A stretch of DNA of 64,000 nucleotides from an uncultured delta proteobacterium (GTDB lineage: Bacteria; Desulfobacterota; Binatia; UBA9968). Location: NCBI GenBank assembly GCA_963755715.1, contig CAVWLW010000067.1, forward strand, positions 1 through 64,000, read 5' to 3'. A program made the position numbers and the translations under genes. The notes under the pieces were generated by a model, which saw nothing but the letters and a program-made list of their open reading frames with translations, ran no database searches and was not told the origin of the DNA. Positions within the stretch are counted from its first letter, which is position 1. Every line of letters begins with the position of its first letter. Shown piece after piece: positions 17,117 through 27,800 of this stretch.

Positions 17117-19321
17117 ATGTCCACCACTATTGATTCACCCGTCGTCGAGCTCGCGCCGATCCGGGAGGTGCTGCGATTGTATTGCCAGGCGCTGTCGGAG
17201 CGGAGCATCGATCTGCAGGATCTCAAACAATTGATCGACAAGAACATCGGCTGGTCGAAGAACGACGTAGCGACCAGCGACGGCGTGGCAATTTTTCTTC
17301 CCGGGACCATCGAACGGTTCGAGGTTCGATCCGAAAACTACGATTTTTTGAAAGTGGCGCTGACGCAGCAGGCCGGTCACATCGAGTTCGGCAGCTTCGA
17401 GTTTGAGTTCGCTCGCGCTGCGACGAGATTCGACGACCTAAGGCCGAAGATCAGCGCGCCGCCCGAATATCATGATCACGATCATGGCCACGAAGGTCAC
17501 GACGAGCGTCCGAGCGTCACCGAGCTGACGCGATTTTTTAAACTGTTTCCTAATAAACGCCTGGCGCTCGACGTGTTTTCGATCGCCGAAAGCACCCGGA
17601 TCGAAGCGCGTATCATGCGCGAGTACCGCGGCATCGCCAAGTCTTATGATATTATGCGCCGGCGCGCTCTGACCTTGCGCCCGCAGATGGTTTTTCTGCC
17701 GGCGCGCGAGGTCCTGCTGGAGTTCATGATCCGTCTGAGTCTCGGCCAGACCGACGGGATGAAAGTTCCCAAGAAGCAAGTGAAGGTGACTCGCGAGATC
17801 GCCACGATGGTGCGCCTGTTGGTGGAACCGGGCGCGACCGTGGAAGACGCCGCGGAAGTGACGCTGAGAATTTATGCGCGGCTGGCAAAAGTCAGGAACG
17901 ACTATCTCGATGAAAATGAGTTTATAGCTTTCGAAGCCGGCAAAGAAAATCCAAGTCATGCAAAACGTTCAAGCGTTTCAAAGCGTTGGTCGGATGTGCA
18001 CGCGAATGAAAGCGTTCTGCCATCTTTGATTGGTCGAGAAAGCGAGTATCTTTCGCCGCCAGGCGTTGATTATCGCGGTGAGTTTCGGCCGGAGCTGGCG
18101 CAATTGTTAACGCAACTGAAAGTAAACGCCCGCGAGCAGCGCAAGGCGCTGACGGCCGAGGAGATCGCTGATTTGCTGCGCAGCCAGCGAACACCCAAGC
18201 GGCGCGATTCGGAAGACGAAGGCGAGGCGCAAGATCCCGAGACCGCCCAGATGGCGCACAACTTGATGCGTGAGCTGGAGCGGCGCGATCCGCGCATGCA
18301 GAGCGTCGAGCGCCGCCCGGTGCCGCAGAGTGATGACGACACCGGCCCGCTCAGCGCGACCCAGCCGAATAGCTTTGTCTACGATGAGTGGGATGTTTTC
18401 GCGCAACGCTATCGCGGCCGATGGTGCAAGGTTTACGAAAAAACGATGCCGATAGGTGACTTGAATTTCTACCGCCAGACGTTGCTGAGCCACGCCGGAC
18501 TATTGCAGCGGATCCGCCGCGAGTTCGAACAGGTGGTGCCGGAGATATACCACAAGGAAAAGCGCTTGCCCGACGGTCCCGACCATGACCTCGACGCGGC
18601 GATCGAAGCGATCACCGACTTGCGCATCGGTGTTAGTCCATCGGAAAAAATCTTCTGGCGCCACCATAAAATCGAGCGCGACGTCGCGGTCGCCTTTTTA
18701 CTCGATATGAGCGGTTCCACCGGCGAAGCCATCGGCTCGCCGGTAAGTTCGCACTCCTTTGCGGAGATAGCGGCGACCGGCGAGCGATCGCACCGCCGCA
18801 TCATCGACGTCGAGAAAGAAGCGATCGTGTTGATGATGGACGCGCTGGAAGCGATCGGCGACCGCTACGGCGTGTACGGATTTTCCGGCCACGGCCGCGA
18901 CAACGTCGAATTTTATGTGATCAAGGATATCGGTGAGGAATTCACTTTAGACGTCGCCAAACGTTTTGGCCGTGTCGGTCCGCTCCATGCGACGCGGATG
19001 GGGCCCGCTATCCGCCACGCGGCGGCCAAGTTGCGGACGGAACAGACGCGCTCGAAGTTTCTTTTTTTGATCAGCGACGGCCGGCCGCAGGACCGCGGCT
19101 ATTCGCAGGAAGGATCGGAGAAGGCGTACGCGCTCCAAGACACGCGCATGGCGCTCATCGAAGCGCGCCGCGATGGAATTCATCCTTTCTGTCTGACCGT
19201 GGACAAAGAAGGAAACGATTACCTGAGAACCATGATGGACGATTTCAGCTACGAGGTCCTGGCTGACGTGAGCTTGCTGCCGCTACGTTTACCACAGCTA
19301 TACAGAAGGCTGACCACATAG
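17117..19321 (+). CDS. CbbO/NorD-family VWA-domain adaptor protein
   Basis: YDEWD, MIDAS DMSGST, TRMGPAIRHA, ISDGRPQD, LPQLYRRLT; adjacent to the Q-type ATPase. Confidence 0.9.
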   Translation: MSTTIDSPVVELAPIREVLRLYCQALSERSIDLQDLKQLIDKNIGWSKNDVATSDGVAIFLPGTIERFEVRSENYDFLKVALTQQAGHIEFGSFEFEFARAATRFDDLRPKISAPPEYHDHDHGHEGHDERPSVTELTRFFKLFPNKRLALDVFSIAESTRIEARIMREYRGIAKSYDIMRRRALTLRPQMVFLPAREVLLEFMIRLSLGQTDGMKVPKKQVKVTREIATMVRLLVEPGATVEDAAEVTLRIYARLAKVRNDYLDENEFIAFEAGKENPSHAKRSSVSKRWSDVHANESVLPSLIGRESEYLSPPGVDYRGEFRPELAQLLTQLKVNAREQRKALTAEEIADLLRSQRTPKRRDSEDEGEAQDPETAQMAHNLMRELERRDPRMQSVERRPVPQSDDDTGPLSATQPNSFVYDEWDVFAQRYRGRWCKVYEKTMPIGDLNFYRQTLLSHAGLLQRIRREFEQVVPEIYHKEKRLPDGPDHDLDAAIEAITDLRIGVSPSEKIFWRHHKIERDVAVAFLLDMSGSTGEAIGSPVSSHSFAEIAATGERSHRRIIDVEKEAIVLMMDALEAIGDRYGVYGFSGHGRDNVEFYVIKDIGEEFTLDVAKRFGRVGPLHATRMGPAIRHAAAKLRTEQTRSKFLFLISDGRPQDRGYSQEGSEKAYALQDTRMALIEARRDGIHPFCLTVDKEGNDYLRTMMDDFSYEVLADVSLLPLRLPQLYRRLTT

Positions 19322-19453
19322 ACATTTCTTATCCGTGTTAATGCGATTAGACCGTGTCATTACTTGATTTAGACGCGCTCCGGTATATATCCTGATTGCC
19401 ATTCACCACTTCTTTGAAAACACCTCGATCCTCATGTTGATCGGACCTGTCTT

Positions 19454-22400
19454 ATGAAGTGTGCGCATTGCCAAACCGAAAATTCCGATGACGCGAGCTT
19501 TTGCGACGAGTGCGGCGGGCCGGTCGATGTGAGCTGTTCTCACTGCGGCGAGTCGAACCGGCCGAGCGCGAAATTTTGCCGCAAGTGCGGCCAGCGTCTT
19601 GGCGTCGCGGCCGGCGGCGCTGAATCGTCCGCTGGAAAAACCGTCGTTCCCAAGCACCTGGCGGAAAAAATTCTGGCGTCGCGGCGTTTTATCGAAGGGG
19701 AGCGCAAACACGTGACCGTACTGTTCGCCGACATCCGCGGTTCGACCAGCGTGGTGGAAAAGCTCGACCCTGAGGAGGTGCGAAAGTATTTCGATCCGAT
19801 CCTGCATATCATGATGGATGCGGTGCACCGCTACGAAGGGACCGTCAATCAGGTTTTGGGCGACGGCATCATGGCGTTATTCGGCGCGCCGCTGACGCAT
19901 GAAGATCACGCTCTGCGCGCGTGCTACGCCGCCTTGGCGATGCAGGAAGCGATGCAGCGCTACAGCGAAACGACGCGCAACGGCAGCGCGCTGAAAATCG
20001 GCATCGGCCTCAACTCCGGCGAAGTCGTGGTTCGCTCGATCACCAACGATCTCAACATCGATTACGCCGCTCTCGGCCAGACGACTCATTTGGCCGCGCG
20101 CATGGAAGCGCTGGCGGGCGCCGGCGAAATCTTGTTGACGGTCGACACCCTGCGCGAAGTCGAAGGTTTCGTCGAGGTGCGTTCCCTCGGCGCGCGGGAG
20201 CTGAAAGGATTTTCCAGCGCCGTGCAGTCTTTCGAGCTCACCGGGGTGACCACGGCGCGAACCCGCTTGCAGGCCCAGGCCGCGCGCGGTTTGTCGAACT
20301 TCGTCGGCCGGCAAGATGAAATTGACTTGTTTCGCCGTTTGACGGTTGAAGCCGGTTCGGGAAAAGGCCGCATTCTCGCTTTGGTCGGCGAGGCTGGTAT
20401 GGGTAAGTCGCGACTGGTGCGCGAATTCATGCAGACCTACTTGCCTTCCGATTGGAAAGTGATCCAAGCCTTTTCCGTTTCTTACGGCAAGGCCGCGCCT
20501 TTTTTCCCGGTGATCGAGCTTTTGCGCGGCTACTTTAACATTGCCGCGGGAGAAGACAGTCACTCGGCGCAAACAAAGATTCTCGAGTGTATGCTGGCGT
20601 TGGATCCGGCGCTCGGCGGCGCGGCACCGCCGATCTTGGCGCTGCTGGACGTTCTGCCGCAGTCGCCGGCAAAGGATTGCGAGCGCTATCCTAGCGTGAT
20701 CGAAGCGATAAACAAGTTCAACGGCATGGAGCCCCAGGAAAAACGCGCGCGCACCTTCGACGCGCTCAAGCAGTTGCTTCTGCGCGAGAGCCGGGCACAG
20801 AAGCTGCTGGTGCTTTTCGAGGATTTGCACTGGATCGACAGCGAGACGCAGTCCTTTCTGGATATTTTAGTCGAGAGTTTATCGACGGCGTCAATTTTGC
20901 TCCTGGTTAATTATCGCCCCGGATATACGCACACGTGGGCGGCTAAGGATTATTACCTGCGGGTTCGGCTCGATCCCTTGCCGCCGGCTGGCGCCGACGA
21001 ATTGCTCGGCTCATTGATCGGACAGCAGGCGGAATTGGCATCGCTGCGCGAGCTGTTGATCAAACGCACCGGAGGAAACCCATTTTTCATCGAAGAAATC
21101 GTGCGTTCGTTGGCCGAGACCGGAGCTCTGGTCGGTTCCCGGGGAGCCTATACGCTGGGGACGGCAATCGACGCCGTGCGCGTGCCGAGCACGGTGCGCA
21201 CGGTTCTCGCCGAACGGGTGGACCGATTGCCGATGGCGGAAAAACAATTGCTCCAGACCGCGGCGGTGATCGGCGTGGTGGTGCCGCTGCGGCTGCTACA
21301 AGCCGTGACCGGCTTGCCCTACGAGGAGATCCAGCGTTATCTGTTCGATTTGCAAGCAGCGGAATTTCTTTTCGAAAGCAATTTGTTTCCCGACTTGGAA
21401 TATAGTTTCAAACATGCGCTTACCGGTGAAGTGGTCTACGGCGCGCTGTTGCACGATCGCAGGACCACTCTCCACGCGACTATCGTCCGGACTCTCGAAA
21501 AGCTTGCCGGAGATAACGATCACATCGAAGCTTTGGCTTATCACGCTGCTCAAGCCGAGCTTTGGGAGGAGGCGGTTCGTTACTCTCGGCAAGCCGGGGC
21601 CAAGGCGATGTCTCGTTCGGCTTTCCTGGAATCCGTGGCGAATTATCGGAACGCGTTGACGGCGTTGACGCACATCCCAGATTCGTCAGACAAACTTGCC
21701 GAGGAAATCGATCTTCATCTCGACGCGCGCAACGTGCTTTTCTTGCTTGGCGACTCGAAAGCCGTCGCAGAGCACTTACAAGCGGCTGAGCCGTTGGCGG
21801 AGAGGTTGGGCGATGAACAGCGCTTGGCGCGCGTGCTTAATTTTCTCAATAGCTATTACGGTCTGGCAGGCGACCCGGAGCGCGCCATCGAGATCGGCAA
21901 GCGGGCGCTAAAGCTCGGCGTCATCCAGCGCCGAGGCCGCTTCGAGCATCGTGACCTATTATTATTTGGGCGCCGCTTACAACAAGACGGGCCAATACGA
22001 CTTGGCGATCGAGGTTTTGCTGCGCGGCGTCAAGAATATCGGCGACGATCTACGCCACGAACGCTTCGGCACCGCCGCGGTGCTCTCGGTGATTTGCCGC
22101 AGTCACTTGGTTCAATGTTTGGCTGCCACGGGTCGCTTCTCCGAAGGTGCGTTTTTCGGCGAAGAAGGAGTGCGCATCGGTGAAGAAGTCGAACATCCCA
22201 CCAGCTTGATTCACATGCTGTGCAGCGTCGGAATGCTCCATCTGCTCAAGGGAGATTGCGATCAGGCGATACCCATTCTCGAGAAAGGCTTGGAGCTTTG
22301 CAGGTCGGCCAATATTCCGGTTTATGTGCCGGTCGTGGCGTCGCGCCTGGGAAGCGCTTACGCCAATTCCAAACGCGCCGCCGAGGCGTTACCGCATTTG

Positions 22401-22853
22401 GAAGAAGGCGTGGAAAGTTCCGCGGCGGCGGGCCGCGCCGCTTTTTTGGCGTTGAATACCGCCTCGCTCGCGGAGGGATATCTGTTCTTGGATCGCATCG
22501 ATGAAGCGAGGCGTTTGGCAGAACGCGCCTTCGAGCTCGCCAAGCAATATAAGGAACGGGGGCACCAAGCGTGGACGCTCAAACTGCTCGGCGATATCTC
22601 GATGCACGAAAGCCGGCGCGATCCGTCGGGCGCTGAGGCGCACTATCGGCAAGCCTTGGCGCTCAGCGAAGAATTGGGCATGCGTCCGCTTGCGGCGCAT
22701 TGCCGAATGGGTGTCGGAGCGGTCTTCGCCGCTCTCGGCGCCTTCGATCGAGCGCGCGCCGAAGTGGACGCGGCTCGAGAGCACTATCGAGAAATGGCGA
22801 TGACCCGATGGCTTGATCGCGCCGACACGGCGCTCAAAAACTTAGCCCATTGA
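19454..22853 (+). CDS. Double zinc ribbon - class III adenylate/guanylate cyclase - AAA/STAND ATPase - TPR protein, frameshift near 21935
   Basis: Four CXXC motifs; TVLFADIRGS and GDGIMALFG; Walker A GEAGMGKS; EDLHWID; GGNPFF; TPR-like C-terminus in the next frame. Confidence 0.9.
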
Positions 22854-22901
22854 ATCGCCGTCACCACGTTAGTGGTGTCGATTTATCCGACCTGTGATTC
22901 C

Positions 22902-24842
22902 ATGATCCCCAATCCCGCCTTGCACCCGAACCAGCCATTCGTCGAATTTCCTTTCGCCGATACCAACCAGACAATCGCCCGGCGTTTCGAACAACAGGCG
23001 CGCCGCTATCCTGAGCGCCTCGCGCTCAAAGCCGGACGGCGCGCGCTTAGTTATGCGGAGCTCAACGACGCAGCTGACCAGGTCGCGCGTGCGCTCGCTG
23101 GCGATGCGGATCGCGAGACTCCGATGGCCGCCGTTCTCTGCGAGGCGGGCGTGTCGATGATCGTGGCGCTTCTCGGCGCGTTGAAAGCAGGCCGGCCTTT
23201 CGTGCCGCTCAATCCCCGGCTGCCGAAATTTACACTGCAAGAAATCTTAGGAAGCTTGGACCCCTGTTTGGTCTTAACTGACGAGAGGAACATCGCCCTC
23301 GCGCGAGAAAATCAGCGGCGCCGGTAGGCGCGTGTTGGATGTCCAGCATCTTGAGCTCGATTCGCGCGCGGAAAAATCCCGCGCTCACGCTCTCGCCGGA
23401 CGCTCTGGCGTATATCAATTTTACTTCGGGCTCGACCGGCGCGCCCAAGGGCGTCATGTGGAATCATCGGAGCGAGCTGTTCGGCATCAGAAGCAAAACC
23501 AACGCGCTGCATATTGCGCCCACCGACCGGATCAGCTTGCTGCGCGCCAACAACGTCGGCGCGGCGCGGGACATGTTTCTGGCTTTGCTCAACGGCGCGG
23601 CGCTGATCGTTCTCGACCTGAGCCAAGGCGGGTTGGCATCTCTGGCGGATTGGCTGCGCGAGGAAGAAGTGAGCGTATTCACTTGCGTCGCGACAGTGTT
23701 TCGCCAAGCGCTCAGCGGCGCCGGCAAAACGCGCAAATTTCCCGCGGTGCGGCTGATTCACATCGGCGGTGAGCCGATTTTCAAATCGGACGTTGAGCTT
23801 TATCGGCGCCATTTTTCCGACGACTGTTTGTTCGTCTCGCGCTACAGCATCAGCGAAACCCAGGCCGTTTCCTATTTTTTTATGAGCAAGCGGAGCCGGA
23901 TCGAGGAAGACCGCGTGCCGGTCGGTTATCCGCTGGAGGGCAACGAAGTCGCGATCCTCGATGGGCAAGGCGATCCGCTCGGTGCGCGCGAGATCGGCGA
24001 AATCGCGGTTCGAAGCCCTTACCTGGCGCTCGGCTACTGGCGCGAGCCCGAGCTTACGCGCGCGAAGTTTCTCGAAGATCGGCGCCGGCGCCAAGACGCG
24101 CACCTATCTGACCGGTGATCTCGGCTATCAGTTGCCGGATGGTTGTCTGGTTCACGTCGGCAGAAAAGATTTTCAAACCAAAGTCAAAGGACATCGCGTC
24201 GAGGTCAGCGCGATCGAAGCGGCGCTCGATCAGATCCCTTCGATCAAGCAGGCGGTTGTGGTCGCCCAGCCGGATGATGCTAAAGGCAGCCGGTTGATCG
24301 CCTACGTGGTTGCGAAAAATTCTGCGGCAAAGATCGCCCGTCTGAGGACACAACTCCAGTCCAAGTTGCCCGCGTATATGATTCCCGACTCCTTTGTCTT
24401 GCGGCGGAGGCTGCCTTTGAACGCTGCCGGCAAAGTCGATCGAAGCGCGCTGCCCGTGCCGAAAAGAAACCAGCGCGGCGGCGCTAGGGCGCTGGTCGAG
24501 GCGCGAAACTCCGTTGAAAAAGCTCTGGCTCTGATTTGGCGCGACGGCCTCAAAATCGACGCGATCGGTATCGATGACGACATTACGCAACTCGGGGGTG
24601 ATTCTTTAGTTGAGGCGCAGCTCGTGACGAAAATCGCCGGCCTGTTCCCGCTGACGGAGCGGCTGACGAATCTGTTTCGAACGCCGACGGTTGCGGCCTT
24701 GGCCCGGTTCATCATCGATCACGAGACTCAACCGGGACAGGCGGAAAAAATTGCCGCGATATTTCTCCAGGTCGAAGCGATGTCGGACGCCGAGGTGCTG
24801 CGCGCCGTCGAAAATGACGGAGACCCGATCGGCGATGGCTGA
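22902..24842 (+). CDS. NRPS initiation module A-T, frameshifts near 23320 and 24080
   Basis: FTSGSTGAPKG, YLTGDLG, NAAGKVD, PCP LGGDSL spread over three ORFs. Confidence 0.85.
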
Positions 24843-27800
24843 AAGGTCAAAGAACGGTGCGCTCGCCGCGGCGCGGCGCAAACTGCTCACGCGACTGCTC
24901 GATAAATCAGGTATCGATCTCAGTGCCGGCCGCGCGCGTGCTGAACCGGCGCGTGGCGAAGGTGCCCTGTCGTTCGCGCAAGAGCGGCTCTGGTTTCTCG
25001 ATCAACTCCACCCTGATAGCCCGGTTTATAATATTTCCCGCGCCCTGAGATTGACGGGCCGTCTGGATACAGACGCGCTCGAGCGCGCCGTCAATGAAAT
25101 TGTCCGGCGCCATGAAATTCTCCGCGCGACCTTTCCCAGCGTAAACGGCAAGCCGGTTCAAACCGCCGCAGCCGAATTACCGATAGCGCTTCAGCCGATC
25201 GAGCTGAGCGGTTTGCCGACTAAGCGGCGTTCGGCCGCGATGGCGCGGCTGCTGAATTCTGAAGCGGCGGCGCCGTTCGATCTCGCGCGCGGTCCTTTGA
25301 TAAAAATGCGCTTGATCAAGCGCGCCAAGAACGATCATCTGTTGCTTTTGGTTCTGCACCAAATGATTTGCGACGGATGGTCGATCAGCCTGCTGCTCCG
25401 CGAGCTAGGCAAACTTTACAGCGCCTTTGTCAAGAAATCAGACCGTGGTTTTCGCCGCGCCGAAGATAACTTACAGCCAATATGCCGAGCGGCAAAGAAA
25501 TTCGCTGCAAGGCGAGCGATTGCAAAGTCAACTCGCGTACTGGAAGAAACAGTTGCATGGCAGCGCCGCCGCGCTAGCGCTGCCGAGCGATCATGCGCGG
25601 CCGAAGGCGCAGACTTTTCGCGGCGCGCGCTTTTCGTTCACGATTTCTTCCAAGCTGGTCCGGACGTTGCGGCGGCGCGGCGGCGAAGAGGGTGCGACCC
25701 TTTTCATGACGCTGATGGCGGCCTTCAATGTTTTATTATCGCGCTATTCGAATCAGGAGGATATTTCGGTCGGGTTTCCGGTCGCGAATCGGCGTCACGC
25801 GGATACTGAGGATTTGATCGGCGCTTTCGTCAATACGCTGGTCCTGCGCACGGACCTCTCGGGAAAGCCGACCTTTCGCGAGCTGTTGCGGCGCGTGCGT
25901 TCGCATTGTCAGGACGCCCTGGCGCAGCAGGATTTGCCATTCGAAAAGCTGGTCGAGGAACTGCAACGCGAGCGCGATCTCAGTCGAAATCCGTTGTTTC
26001 AGGTGATGTTCGCGTACCAAAATCATCCGGCGGCGGAATTCAAAATCCCCGGCGTGCGCGCTGAAACCGTGGAATTGGCAGGTGCGACGGCGAAATTCGA
26101 TTTAACTCTAGCGCTGACCGAATGTGACCTCGGTCTGCGCGGCGTCTTCGAGTACAGCACCGATCTTTTCGAGCGCGCGACGATCGAACGCATGGCGCGG
26201 CATTTCATTGCGCTCCTGCGCGGCATCGCCGCTCATCCCGAGCGGTCGATAGAGGAGTTGCCGCTGCTATCCAAAGACGAGCGTGCGCGGATTCTCGTTC
26301 AATGGAATCGCACCGCCGCCGGCTACGCCAAAGACCGATGCATGCACGAGCTGTTCGAGTTGCAGACCAAACGAGCGCCCGGCGCTTGCGCCGTTGAATG
26401 CGCCGGCGCGTCGATCACTTATGACGAGCTCAACCGTCGCGCCAATCAATTGGCGCGCTACCTGCGCAAGCTCGGTATCGGCCCGGATAAGCCGGTCGGC
26501 ATCTGCCTCGAGCGATCCGTCGATATGGTGATCGGACTTTTGGCGATTCTCAAAGCGGGCGGCGCTTATTTGCCCTTGGACCCGGCGTATCCGCCCGAGC
26601 GGCTGCGCTTCATGTTAGCGGATGCGCGGGCTTCGCTGCTGATCAGCCGGGGGGATTTGGTCGAGGATGGAGGATGGGGGTCGTCATGAGCGAACTCGAA
26701 GCGATCGACATCGCTAGTCAATCCTCTATCCTCGATCCTCGACCCAAAGTAGTTTGTCTGGATCGCGATGCTTCATTGATTGCGCAGCAAAGCGCGAAAA
26801 ATTTAAACGCTCGTATCGACTCCGAAAATCTCGCCTACGTGATTTACACATCGGGATCGAGCGGCGCACCAAAAGGGGTCGCCATCGAGCATCGCAACGC
26901 GGTCGCTTTCCTATATTGGGCCAAGCGGGTATTTTCCGCCGAGCAATTGGCCGGTGTCTTGGCGTCGACGTCGATTTGTTTTGATCTTTCGGTGTTCGAA
27001 ATATTCGCCCCGCTCAGTTGGGGCGGGAAAGTTATCCTGGCACCAAATGTTTTGGCGCTTCAAGATCCGGCGGCGGTCGGCAAAGTTACCTTGATCAATA
27101 CCGTGCCGTCGGCGCTCGAAGAGTTGCTCGATCTGGGCGGCTTGCCGCCGTCGACGCGAACCGTCAATCTCGCCGGCGAATCTTTAAAAACCGAGCTGGT
27201 CAGGCGGATCTATGACACCGGTCGGGTCGAAAAAGTCTACGATCTCTACGGACCGTCGGAGACCACGACTTATTCCACTTTCACTTTGCGCCGTAGCGAG
27301 GGCAAAGCGACGATCGGCCGTCCGATCGCGAACACAAAAATCTATCTGCTCGACGCCGCGCTTCAGCCCGTGCCTATCGGCGTGGCGGGAGAGATCTTCA
27401 TCGGCGGCGCCGGGGTCGCGCGCGGCTATTTGAACCGACCTGAGTTGAGCGCCGAGAAATTTCTCCGCAATCCTTTCAGTCGTGATCCAAAGGCGCGCAT
27501 GTATCGCAGCGGCGATCTCGGCCGCTATGACGCGGCGGGGAATATCGAGTACCTCGGACGGCTCGACAATCAGGTCAAGATCCGCGGCTTCAGGATCGAG
27601 CTCGGCGAAATCGAAGCCGCGCTCAAACGTCATCCGGCGATTCGCGAGAGCGTCGTCGTCGCGCGGGAGGAGCGCGCAGCACCTTCAGCGAACTCCGACA
27701 ATCTAAAATCTAAAATCCAAAATCCAAAATTTGACAGCCAATTGGTCGCCTATGTCACGGCTAAGGATGGCTCGCCGCCGGCCGCGCGTGAGCTGCGCAG

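Noticed and set aside
16141-19321. Evidence for carbon fixation or denitrification
   Set aside because: No Rubisco, nor or nir structural genes in the window, so cbbQ/norQ symbols were not assigned.
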